The translations under genes and the position numbers were made by a program. Under the pieces are notes generated by a model, which was not told the origin of the DNA, ran no database searches, and saw nothing but the letters and a program-made list of their open reading frames with translations. From the sequence record SRR16203515_940: a stretch of DNA of 43,472 bases. One strand, 5' to 3'. Every line of letters begins with the position of its first letter. Position 1 is the stretch's first letter. Positions 19,463 to 28,565 of the stretch are shown here, in pieces.

Positions 19463-19619
19463 ATTGACGAGAGTGGTTCAGAATCCGATGCGCTGTGTTG
19501 TCTTTTTGCGTTGGTAGGCGATTGGAAATTTTCCGTAATTTGTGTCGAACTGATTTTGTTCAAACATAAATCAGTCAGATGAGTGAACTATTAGTCTCTC
19601 CCCAAGCTAAAATAAATTA

Positions 19620-21272
19620 ATGAAGATTCTCTCCGTGATACCTGGCGCTCGTCTTGTCGGGTTTGTCTTTGATCAGACTGACAGACCTCTGGGTCGCGTT
19701 ATGCTTTTCGGGTTTATCTCGGGTATTGCAGGCGCGCTTGTGTTGGCCGCGATAAATCATGGTGCTCAGGCAGTGGGATCTGAACCAGAAATTCAGCCTC
19801 TCCTGCTTTTTGGTGGGCTATTAGGTCTTTTTTTGTATTCGAAGCGGTACTCACTGATCAATGCCATCCTTGCGGTTGAGGAAATGCTTCAAGGGGTTAG
19901 GGCGCGAGTTGCCGACAAGGTCGCGAAGTCAGAACTCGTTGAAATAGAGAAGATCGGTCCTTCGTATATTTTCAACCGGCTTTCGCAAGATACGGTCCTG
20001 ATATCGGACAGTGCCCATGTGATCTTTGCATCGTTTGGCGCACTAATTATGCTTCTCTTCGCGACGATTTATATTGCCATTATTTCTTTTGAAGGTTTTC
20101 TGATGACAGTCGGCGCAATTTTGTTGGGTGTGCTTACGTTTATTAGTAAACGAGGCGCAATAATTGAATCGGTCCGGTCTGCCACTCAAAAAGAGGTCGA
20201 GTTTCTTGCGTCGGTGGATCAAAGCCTTAAAGGTTTTAAGGAGCTCAAGTTAAACCGTCAAAAAGCAAAAGACATTCTCAAAAGTCAGATTCGGATCGGC
20301 GCCGATCTTGCGGATGAAAAGAAAAATGCCGGACGTAACCAGACATTTGTAATGATGTTTTCGCAGGCATTTTTTTATACCCTTCTCGGGATTGTGGTGT
20401 TTGTTTGGCCGGTCTTAATGGACGAGCCTGTCGAGACGGTTATCAAGGTGAGCGCGACAATCCTTTTTATCATTGGTCCAATTGATCTGGTTGTCGGCTC
20501 TCTTCCGCTCTTCATCGAAGCTGATGTTGCGGTTGATAATCTACAGGAACTAGAGCGAAAACTTGACGGGGGAATTACCTCATCAGGCGGTGATTCAGCG
20601 GTAAAAAACAGTGTTCCTTTTGGCGGATTACAGCTCAAAGGTGTTGAGTTTAAGTATGATTCTGAACACGATGAAACGGCGTTCAATCTTGGGCCAGTTG
20701 ATCTAAATGTTGAACCGGGAGAGATTCTTTTTATTGTTGGTGGTAACGGAAGCGGAAAATCAACATTACTTAAAATTTTGACAGGACTTTATTATCCGGA
20801 CAACGGCGAAATATTTGACAACGGGGACCGTCTGACGCCAGAGATGTATCCTGCATATCGTAACCATTTCACTGCGGTATTTACAGATTTTCATTTGTTT
20901 GATCGCCTCTATGGAATTTCTCGGGCCACTTTTCCGCGAGTTGAGAAGTTGCTTGCGTGGGTTGATATATCGAAAAAGACGCGGTTTGAGGATGGTGGTT
21001 TTACGAATCTAAATCTTTCAACCGGACAACGAAAAAGGTTAGCACTTGTATCAGCTCTTATGGATGAGCGACCGGTCTACATATTCGATGAGATCGCAGC
21101 AGATCAAGACCCACCATTTCGGAAACGTTTTTATGAGGAAATTTTGCCAGAAATAAGGGCAATGGGAGCCACCATTATTGCGGTAACGCATGACGATCGT
21201 TATTTTGGAGCGGCCGACAGAGTGGTTTACATGGAAGAGGGTCGACTACGCCCTACGCCATCAAGTAGTTGA
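19620..21272 (+). CDS. Cyclic-peptide export ABC transporter (SyrD/PvdE/YojI family, fused TMD-NBD)
   Basis: N-terminal TM helices, GFKELKLN, Walker A GGNGSGKST, VFTDFHLFDRLYG, signature LSTGQRKRLAL, Walker B FDEIAADQDPxFR and VTHDDRYF. Confidence 0.92.
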   Translation: MKILSVIPGARLVGFVFDQTDRPLGRVMLFGFISGIAGALVLAAINHGAQAVGSEPEIQPLLLFGGLLGLFLYSKRYSLINAILAVEEMLQGVRARVADKVAKSELVEIEKIGPSYIFNRLSQDTVLISDSAHVIFASFGALIMLLFATIYIAIISFEGFLMTVGAILLGVLTFISKRGAIIESVRSATQKEVEFLASVDQSLKGFKELKLNRQKAKDILKSQIRIGADLADEKKNAGRNQTFVMMFSQAFFYTLLGIVVFVWPVLMDEPVETVIKVSATILFIIGPIDLVVGSLPLFIEADVAVDNLQELERKLDGGITSSGGDSAVKNSVPFGGLQLKGVEFKYDSEHDETAFNLGPVDLNVEPGEILFIVGGNGSGKSTLLKILTGLYYPDNGEIFDNGDRLTPEMYPAYRNHFTAVFTDFHLFDRLYGISRATFPRVEKLLAWVDISKKTRFEDGGFTNLNLSTGQRKRLALVSALMDERPVYIFDEIAADQDPPFRKRFYEEILPEIRAMGATIIAVTHDDRYFGAADRVVYMEEGRLRPTPSSS

Positions 21273-21970
21273 TGACTGTAATCGCAATTCCCTTCGCGGG
21301 CGGAAATAGTTATTGTTACCGAGATTTGGCTCGACAGATGGAGCGCCAAGTTCCCTGGGTAACCCTGGAGTTGCCGGGTAGGGGAAAGCGAATCCAAGAG
21401 CCTCTTCTCAAATCGATAGAAGCAATCGTCGATGACGCGATCATTCAGATTGACAAACACGGCGTTAATAAGATCTCGATCTTTGGGCATAGTATGGGCG
21501 GATTAGTAGCCCACGGTATCGCGAGCCGCCTTGAATCTAACGTTGGAGGTTCGATAGTTCTTGAACATCTTTTCCTAAGCGGATGTCGGGCGCCCCAGTA
21601 TAATTGTAGATCAACAAAACGTGCTTCGATGAGTCGAGATGACATGATTGCGGCAATCAACAAATTGGGCGGACTCCCTGAAGTAATTAGCCAGGATAAA
21701 GAATTGATGAACTTCTTTGAGCCTATCCTCCGTGCCGATTTCGGCGCCGTTGATGATTACGATCAGGCACCCAGTATTCCAATTCATACACCGATGACAG
21801 TTTTTTCAGGATCGAAAGATCATGAAGTAACGAGTGAGCAAATCGAAGGTTGGCGGGCAGTTGCGGCTGGGGATATCAGGTTCTTTTCTTTTCTTGGTGG
21901 ACATTTCTTTTTCACGGATTATTTGAAAGAAATTTCGACGATTATTTGTGATTCTTTGGGTCAAAATTGA
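21272..21970 (+). CDS. Type II (editing) thioesterase, GrsT-like
   Basis: IPFAGG, LELPGRGKR, FGHSMG (GxSxG), PILRADF and GGHFF; TGATG overlap with the ABC gene. Confidence 0.92.
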   Translation: MTVIAIPFAGGNSYCYRDLARQMERQVPWVTLELPGRGKRIQEPLLKSIEAIVDDAIIQIDKHGVNKISIFGHSMGGLVAHGIASRLESNVGGSIVLEHLFLSGCRAPQYNCRSTKRASMSRDDMIAAINKLGGLPEVISQDKELMNFFEPILRADFGAVDDYDQAPSIPIHTPMTVFSGSKDHEVTSEQIEGWRAVAAGDIRFFSFLGGHFFFTDYLKEISTIICDSLGQN

Positions 21971-21971
21971 T

Positions 21972-22880
21972 ATGTTTTTTAAATCACGTGGTGTTGTTCG
22001 TATTTCTAAAACGTTAATTCTGTTTGTGAGTTTTTTGCTCACCGCGACAGTTAATTCGCAGGCCACAAGTGATAAAAGAACGTTTGTGGCGACTGTCCAG
22101 GACTATCCGCCTGCGATGGTTGTTTGTTGCCCTTCCCGGCTAAACCTTGAGCAGTTGTTAGATAAAAAAACGAGGCCGCTGACCGAAGCAGAGGCGGAGT
22201 TTGTATTCTCCGGTCCGGCTCGAGAGCTTGTATCAGAATTAGCTATCAGGATGGACCATCAGCTTAACTGGAAGGTGGAATCTTTTAGCGCCAGTATGAG
22301 TAGTATGAAAAATGGGTCAGTTCATTTGATTCCCTGGATCTACGCAAGCAAAGAGCGAATGGCGTTTATGCGATTCGCAGGCCCTGTTAATGTGGATCCT
22401 GCGGCAGCCTATTTCTTGATAAACAAGAAAAAACACGGCGATATTGTTGAATTCAAGGATCTGTATAGGCTCAAATTAGCGGATGAAAAAGACGCACTGA
22501 CGACACCCGAAATTGATGACAATCCTAAACTAAATATCTTACGATTTAATTCCCGCATCGAAGCGCTGGACGCCGTGCTGAACGGTTCAGCGGATGCCTT
22601 GATTGATTCAAATCTCCAGCGCCTGCTTCAAATCAAAAAACAAGGTCGGGCGGCGACTCTTGATGTTGCGACTTTCAGCTTCAGTTACGAACGACCGATC
22701 TATATCGGTATTAGTAAAAAATTAGTGAAAGAAGAGGACGCGATTCAAATTGATAAATTGATCGAAGAATTTTTTTCCGACGGAACGATGAAACAGATTT
22801 TTAAATCGTATGATCTACCCACCCCCAAATATCATGCCGGGATGTCTGTGTTGCGCCCTAATAATTCAAACGCCGAGTAG
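21972..22880 (+). CDS. Periplasmic solute-binding protein (family 3, amino-acid type)
   Basis: Signal-like N-terminus, DYPP, KERM..MRF, ALDAVLNGSADALI and C-terminal DGTMKQIFKSY typical of SBP_bac_3. Confidence 0.72.
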   Translation: MFFKSRGVVRISKTLILFVSFLLTATVNSQATSDKRTFVATVQDYPPAMVVCCPSRLNLEQLLDKKTRPLTEAEAEFVFSGPARELVSELAIRMDHQLNWKVESFSASMSSMKNGSVHLIPWIYASKERMAFMRFAGPVNVDPAAAYFLINKKKHGDIVEFKDLYRLKLADEKDALTTPEIDDNPKLNILRFNSRIEALDAVLNGSADALIDSNLQRLLQIKKQGRAATLDVATFSFSYERPIYIGISKKLVKEEDAIQIDKLIEEFFSDGTMKQIFKSYDLPTPKYHAGMSVLRPNNSNAE

Positions 22881-22926
22881 TAAAAAAAGGGTTAAATTTT
22901 TGGGGTGGTTGATTGGATTATTTGGA

Positions 22927-23109
22927 CTACTTCCCCGGAATATAGCTTGGCTCTGTTTTTCTCGTCACAAGAAAAAGAATGACACCAACGACAGGGGTTA
23001 AAAGAACTGATGCAAAAAAAAGTCCCCAAAAACCCATTGTGCTGCGCCGACCGAAATAAGCGAGCACTAAGCTCAGCAGAAGATCAAGGGTAATAATAGT
23101 CGGGGCCAT
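22927..23109 (-). CDS. Small two-helix membrane protein
   Basis: 60 aa with two hydrophobic segments around GRRSTMGFWG; AGGAG RBS directly after the upstream stop; last gene of the SPFH operon. Confidence 0.7.
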   Translation of the reverse strand: MAPTIITLDLLLSLVLAYFGRRSTMGFWGLFFASVLLTPVVGVILFLVTRKTEPSYIPGK

Positions 23110-23120
23110 CGTGCGTCTCC

Positions 23121-24488
23121 TTATTTATCTAATGTAACAATTTTGAGTTTCCCGTCTTCACCTTCTCTGAACTGACGGAAGATAACCGTAGAATGCTCAA
23201 GATTTCGATAGGATTGATTGAAGTTATAGGGTCCTGTAGCGCCATACCACGTTGGCATATGATACCGAATATTTAGTGCAACCGAGCCGGGGTCGGTCGA
23301 TTCGGCGCAAAGAAAGGCAGTATAGAGAAACCGGAGATGGTCATATCCGAGTGCCGCATAATTTGTCGCTTCGTAATCTGGGAAACGCTTTTTAAACGAT
23401 TCAGAAAATCGTTTGGCGATTAACGACCGATCGGGGGCATAAATATCAATGAACGTAAATCCCGCGTACATATCCTTCTCCACCTTTTCATAGGCGTCCA
23501 GCCGGCTCGCGGCAAGCATCGGGGGCGTCATTTTAAGCATTTCAAGTTGCTTGAAAATCAGCATTGCGAGCTCGTGCTCAACGAGGAGGAATAAGCCGGT
23601 TTCACCGGGCTCAGGAGCCGATTCTTGCTTCAATCCAGAGTTACTGAGCAAGTTTTCAGGCTTAAGTCTTTTCACTAGCTCTTGGGTGACTCGAGCGACT
23701 GTCGCTGTGTTATCTCCGGCTTTTGCCTGGAAGGAAAAAATTTCAATAGGATCAATACCAGTTTTGGCTAGATGCTTCATGAAGTTTGGGATAGGATCCT
23801 CAGAAGAGCCATAGATACTTCTTTGTTGAATAATAATTAGGCGCTTTACGCCAGCACTTTTGGCAAAAGTCGCAGCTCGTTCAGAGATTGTTGTGATGGT
23901 TGGAAACAGTTGAAAGGCGAGTGGCGCTTTCATTCCTGAGAAACGTTCCGCGGTGGACGTAGAGGCTAAAAATAAGATGCCCGCTCTCTCATAAGATAAT
24001 AGCGCATTGGTCGCGGTTTGATCCGCATAGGCATGACCAACGACCGCGACATTGGCATGGTTCTCTAATATTTTTTCAGCGATTCCCGAAGCAGCAACCT
24101 GAGCGGCATTCCGGTATCGTCCATCATATGACTGCTTATAGTTCGCCGACGCCAGAAACGGCGCGGCATCAATCTGGTTAATTTTTACTTCTGGAAAACG
24201 GTCGCTCGGCATGGCGTTGATTTCATCGGCTGCAAGCTGGACGCCTAGCCAGAACTCATCGGTCAGGGCATCAGAGTTCCAGACCGCTGCTATTTCGATC
24301 GGGATATTATTTTCAATGTAGTGACTAAGAGGCGCTCCTCGATCAATGGATGACTCCTCCGCATCGTACATGGTGAAAAAATCACCCAACGATTTCCTGG
24401 CGCTTTCAGGATCGGAGCAACCCGAAAAGAGCGCTAATGCACTCAGCACGCCGAAGACTCTGAAAGCAGAGAATTTTTTATTTACCAT
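23121..24488 (-). CDS. LivK/branched-chain-type solute-binding lipoprotein
   Basis: Lipobox-like LALFSG-C, GVQLAADEIN, VAVVGH, YERAGILFL, YAALGYD and WYGATGPYNF. Alternative start 24512. Confidence 0.75.
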   Translation of the reverse strand: MVNKKFSAFRVFGVLSALALFSGCSDPESARKSLGDFFTMYDAEESSIDRGAPLSHYIENNIPIEIAAVWNSDALTDEFWLGVQLAADEINAMPSDRFPEVKINQIDAAPFLASANYKQSYDGRYRNAAQVAASGIAEKILENHANVAVVGHAYADQTATNALLSYERAGILFLASTSTAERFSGMKAPLAFQLFPTITTISERAATFAKSAGVKRLIIIQQRSIYGSSEDPIPNFMKHLAKTGIDPIEIFSFQAKAGDNTATVARVTQELVKRLKPENLLSNSGLKQESAPEPGETGLFLLVEHELAMLIFKQLEMLKMTPPMLAASRLDAYEKVEKDMYAGFTFIDIYAPDRSLIAKRFSESFKKRFPDYEATNYAALGYDHLRFLYTAFLCAESTDPGSVALNIRYHMPTWYGATGPYNFNQSYRNLEHSTVIFRQFREGEDGKLKIVTLDK

Positions 24489-24527
24489 TCTTTGTGACCG
24501 CTGGGATTGCAAACATATGCCCGGGGC

Positions 24528-25373
24528 TTACTGATTACCGAGAATCACGGGCAGGCCTTCTTTGCCAGATCCGATGATCACAACTTTTGCGTTGTCTGAC
24601 TCGGCAAGATTTTGAGTCGCTTGGACTGCTTGCCATTTCAAGAGTGTTTCGTTGAGGGTTGCCGAGATGATGTCTTGGTAAACCATTGTGCCGATGGCTT
24701 CAACGCGTTTTCGTTCCGCCTCTCGTTTTTCTCGTTCGAGACGAAACTTGTAAGCGAGGCTTTCTTGTTCATATATGAGTTTACTTTCGATCGCCTCCCG
24801 AACAGGATCCGGCAGTCTGAGTTCGCGAATAATAATATCTTCGACATTTACGAATCGTCGACCAACCTCCTCGATCGCGAGCGTGATAATGTTGCTGAGC
24901 ACACCAGCCTTATTAGTGTAGATATCCTCCGGCGAATACTGCCCGATCTGTCGGCGAAGTACGGATTCAATTTGAGGAAGGATAATTCGCTCGGGATACT
25001 CTGGCCCAACCTGTTGATGAAGAAGGCCCACGAGCTCATAAATTGGGTGATACCTGACTGCGAGGCGAAGATCAATCGGAAGGCCTCGATTAGTCAAAAC
25101 GGTGAACTCATGAAGCAGGATTTGGGTTCGAGTGCTATATCGCGTGAGCTGATTAAATGGCCAAACGATATGGAGGCCCTTGGGATAGACAATATCGGTT
25201 TGTGTCCCGGTCGTGAACGTTCGGTACATGACGGCGGCCTCACCTGGCCGCACAATGATAAATATTCGACTCCATAAAAAAACAATTAGGATCGCTAAAA
25301 TGAGAGTTAAAACTACAAAAACGGGAAGATGATCCTTGAACCACAGTGCGAATTTGTTTAAAGCCTTTTTCAT
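24528..25373 (-). CDS. SPFH/band-7 (prohibitin-like) membrane protein
   Basis: N-terminal TM helix, PGEAAV, GLHIVWPFN, LHQQVGPEY..RIILPQIESVLR, coiled-coil EKREAERKRVEAIG and C-terminal NAKVVIIGSGKEGLPVILG. Confidence 0.9.
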   Translation of the reverse strand: MKKALNKFALWFKDHLPVFVVLTLILAILIVFLWSRIFIIVRPGEAAVMYRTFTTGTQTDIVYPKGLHIVWPFNQLTRYSTRTQILLHEFTVLTNRGLPIDLRLAVRYHPIYELVGLLHQQVGPEYPERIILPQIESVLRRQIGQYSPEDIYTNKAGVLSNIITLAIEEVGRRFVNVEDIIIRELRLPDPVREAIESKLIYEQESLAYKFRLEREKREAERKRVEAIGTMVYQDIISATLNETLLKWQAVQATQNLAESDNAKVVIIGSGKEGLPVILGNQ

Positions 25374-25580
25374 GATTAGATTTTTTCGTAAGGAGTGTAG
25401 TGGCTTGTGATCAAGTCAGGTTCGGTTTAGGAGATTTCAGATTAGGCGGTACCATTCTCAATTACGAAACGCGGTTCATGCATTCGACTCTGTTGGAGTA
25501 GACAAATGTTTAGACCCATCTGGCTTGTTTGAGTCGAGAGAAATTTCGTTGGTCTAGTCTCTAAAATTGTATACTAGAGC

Positions 25581-25596
25581 ACTATAAAATTATAGT
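25581..25596. promoter_or_regulatory. Palindromic candidate operator in the divergent SPFH/PKS promoter region
   Basis: ACTATAA-AA-TTATAGT, a perfect 7-bp inverted repeat 53 nt upstream of the FAAL start and just downstream of a TATACT -10-like hexamer (25570-25575). Confidence 0.4.
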
Positions 25597-25649
25597 AGTT
25601 TGACCATGCCTTTTTGTTTTAACGTTCCTCCTACGGTTCAGTTCTAGCT

Positions 25650-28565
25650 GTGAATTTGTTTGATAGCGCGGCCTGCAATTTCAGGCCAGATGAACTCGCT
25701 GTGGCGGAACTCGACGAGAAAGGGAATCTTCGGGCGCAGTTTAGTAGAGGACAGTTCGATCATCTTATCCATGTCCTTGCGGAGGACCTAAAGACTCAAA
25801 CGCGCCCGGGGGATGCGGCGTTGCTAATGTACCCAGCCGGTGCGGATTTCTTTGCCGCGTTTCTGGCGTGCTTGTCGGCTGGCGTTATCGCCGTTCCGGT
25901 TCCAGCGTTAGACGCTACCCGGCTCAAGCGATCGCTTCCTCGTTTGGACGCAATAATCAAAGATTCTGGCGCAAATCTAATTTTGACGAGCGCTGCTCAA
26001 AAACGAATCTTAGAATCTTCCCAAACGGAAAACCCACGTATTTTTTCAAGCGAAGTCAAGATTGTTTCTACTTCTCAGCTATCAATCGACTCCTCTTTGG
26101 TTAAAACTGTTTCAAGTAATTCGATTATCCAGACAACGACATCTTGCTCGGAGATAGCGTATTTACAGTACACGTCAGGATCAACCGGGGATCCAAAAGG
26201 GGTAGAAATTACCCACGAAGCCCTGGTGAACCACTGTGTTGCACTGAAAGCGGCCTGGGGATATACGAGCCAAAGCATTAGCGTAACGTGGATGCCACAT
26301 TTTCATGACTATGGGCTGGTCGATGGGTTATTAATGCCATTTTTCAATGGGACGCCGGTTTTTATCCTGTCGCCGGTTGGCTTTCTTAAGCGCCCGCATC
26401 AATGGCTAGAGGCTTTAGGTAAATATGAAGGCTCGCACACACAAGCGCCTAATTTTGCTTATGATTACTGTGTAGAGCGCATAAACGAGAGCCGATTAAC
26501 GGCTTTTGATCTGTCCAAAGTTGAAGTATTCAGTAACGGCGCCGAGCCGGTACAGGAAAGCACGCTTTCTGCCTTTTATCAAAAGTTTTCGAAGTCAGGC
26601 CTTAGAAAGTCATCTCTATTTCCCGCCTATGGATTAGCAGAAGCGACATTGCTCGTGGCAACCAAGCCTGTATCGGACCTGCCAAAAACGATTCGAGTTG
26701 ATCGAGGCATCTTTGAAAAGAATGGAATCATTTCGGTTAGCAACCGGACAGGCGACAAATCTATTGTGAGTTGTGGAATTCCGATTTTCAACACGGACGT
26801 ACGTGTCGTCAATCCTCAAACTCACAAAGATTTGGGAGAGGGTTTGGTCGGTGAGATATGGGTCAACAGCCCCGCGGTCGCCAGAGGTTATTGGAAAGAT
26901 CCGGTCAAAACCGAGTCAGTGTTTGGCGCCGAGCTATCAAATGACCCATCGTCAGGAAGATATCTGCGCACGGGGGACCTTGGATTTTTATTCGAAAATG
27001 AACTGTACCCGACGGGTCGGATAAAAGATCTTTTAATTCTAAATGGAGTGAATATTTATCCGCAGGATATTGAAGCCGCGATTTGTTCTGCTGTTCCTGC
27101 GGTCCGAAGTGGATACGTTGCGGCTTTTACTGGCCGGGAACCTGACTCAAACAATCTGGTTGTCATGGCTGAGACAAAGCGTGCGGATTGCGCCAGCATC
27201 GAAACCGCTCGTCAAATTCAAAATGCAGTTATTTCAGAGTTTGATTTTTGTCCAACAAAAATTGTGTTAGTCGGAAAAGGCGGGATTCAAAAAACATCGA
27301 GCGGGAAAATTCAACGCAATAGATGTCGAGAGGTATGGATCGACAACATGATCCCCGTACGACTGGAAATAAGTACTGACGATCTTATTCGAAAGAATCA
27401 AGAGATAAGTGTCTCCCAAAAAAATATTGGCGCACAACACGAATGGTTAAAAAGGCAAGTTGCCAGTCTCGTTTCGTGCTCCATTGAGTTAATTCGAGAG
27501 GATACGAATTTCCATGATCTCGGCCTTGACTCAAAATCTGCAGTGAGTTTGGTTTCAGAAATTGAGGAACAGTTGGAATTAACGGAAGAACTGCCGATAT
27601 CAATTATTTGGGAGCATTCTACGATTCGGCGTTTGAGTGAAGCATTACGGGCTTTAACCGGCGCAAAAGAGTTCGAGGTGACTCCATCGTCTCGAAAAGA
27701 GGTTATTGCTGAATCCAATCACGAAATTGCGGTTGTGGGTTTGAGTTGCCGGTTTCCGGGTGCAGACAGTCCGGAGGGATTTTGGGAAGTTCTTTCTGCC
27801 GGCTCTCACGTAATTCGCCCGCTTCCAGAGGAGCGGAAAGTTCTTCTCAAACGATTGGGTATTGATTTGAACTTGTCCACCGAAGATGCAATCGGACATG
27901 CGGGTTTTGTGGATCGAATTGACTATTTTGATTCCGAGTTTTTTGGAGTGTCGGCACGAGAAGCTTCTGGAATGGATCCCCAACAGCGAATGGTGCTTGA
28001 GTCTGTTAAGAGTGCTTTTGAGCGGTCTGCGATTGATCCTGGTCAATGGCGGGGTAAAAAAGTAGGCGTTTTTGTCGGGGTCGCAAATGCAGACTTCGGG
28101 CGTCATATTTTTCGAAGCGATCAAGAAATGGATTCCTATGCGGGCCCATCGAAGGCCTCGAGCATTGTGGCTAACCGCGTCTCGTACTGTTTTGATTTTC
28201 GTGGGCCGAGCATGACGATTGATACCGCGTGTTCGTCGTCGCTCGTCGCGGTGCATCAGGCAATAAGTGCGCTAAAGAATGGAGAATGTGACCTTGCAGT
28301 TGCAGGTGGGGTAAATCTTGTGCTTGATCCGGCTATGAGTCGAGCCTTGAGGGCAGGCGGGATGCTTTCCGAGTCGGGACGATCTTGTGTTTTTGACGAG
28401 GCGGCAGATGGATATGTTCGCGGCGAGGGCGTCGGAATCGTCTTATTAAAGAGGTCATTTGATGCGATATCGGACGGCGATATCGTTCAGGGTTTATTGG
28501 TTGGCAGTGCAATTAATCAGGATGGCAATAGTAATGGCTTGACCGCGCCAAATCCGAACGCATAA
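25650..28565 (+). CDS. PKS1 5' part: fatty acyl-AMP ligase (FAAL), ACP and N-terminal half of KS
   Basis: AYLQYTSGSTGDPKGV, PAYGLAEATL, YLRTGDLGF, GRIKDLLILNGVNIYPQDIE and KTSSGKIQR; ACP DLGLDS; KS MDPQQR and DTACSSS. Confidence 0.85.
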   Translation: MNLFDSAACNFRPDELAVAELDEKGNLRAQFSRGQFDHLIHVLAEDLKTQTRPGDAALLMYPAGADFFAAFLACLSAGVIAVPVPALDATRLKRSLPRLDAIIKDSGANLILTSAAQKRILESSQTENPRIFSSEVKIVSTSQLSIDSSLVKTVSSNSIIQTTTSCSEIAYLQYTSGSTGDPKGVEITHEALVNHCVALKAAWGYTSQSISVTWMPHFHDYGLVDGLLMPFFNGTPVFILSPVGFLKRPHQWLEALGKYEGSHTQAPNFAYDYCVERINESRLTAFDLSKVEVFSNGAEPVQESTLSAFYQKFSKSGLRKSSLFPAYGLAEATLLVATKPVSDLPKTIRVDRGIFEKNGIISVSNRTGDKSIVSCGIPIFNTDVRVVNPQTHKDLGEGLVGEIWVNSPAVARGYWKDPVKTESVFGAELSNDPSSGRYLRTGDLGFLFENELYPTGRIKDLLILNGVNIYPQDIEAAICSAVPAVRSGYVAAFTGREPDSNNLVVMAETKRADCASIETARQIQNAVISEFDFCPTKIVLVGKGGIQKTSSGKIQRNRCREVWIDNMIPVRLEISTDDLIRKNQEISVSQKNIGAQHEWLKRQVASLVSCSIELIREDTNFHDLGLDSKSAVSLVSEIEEQLELTEELPISIIWEHSTIRRLSEALRALTGAKEFEVTPSSRKEVIAESNHEIAVVGLSCRFPGADSPEGFWEVLSAGSHVIRPLPEERKVLLKRLGIDLNLSTEDAIGHAGFVDRIDYFDSEFFGVSAREASGMDPQQRMVLESVKSAFERSAIDPGQWRGKKVGVFVGVANADFGRHIFRSDQEMDSYAGPSKASSIVANRVSYCFDFRGPSMTIDTACSSSLVAVHQAISALKNGECDLAVAGGVNLVLDPAMSRALRAGGMLSESGRSCVFDEAADGYVRGEGVGIVLLKRSFDAISDGDIVQGLLVGSAINQDGNSNGLTAPNPNA

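Noticed and set aside
19253-19582. 109-aa and 104-aa ORFs across the DUF697 end
   Set aside because: They overlap the real gene and its terminator hairpin; no RBS or motif support.
24612-25277. 221-aa + strand ORF
   Set aside because: Lies wholly antisense to the well-supported SPFH gene and has no recognisable motifs.
25606-25647. 13-codon uORF just before the FAAL start, as a leader peptide or RiPP precursor
   Set aside because: No RBS, no attenuator structure and no precursor-like features; expected by chance.
27654-28256. 200-aa minus-strand ORF and other short antisense ORFs within the PKS and purL genes
   Set aside because: Antisense to conserved catalytic domains; typical shadow ORFs.
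28563-28565. Genome-wide TAA-to-Gln recoding, or selenocysteine/pyrrolysine insertion
   Set aside because: TAA ends dapA, purL and other genes normally in this window; Sec and Pyl use TGA and TAG.
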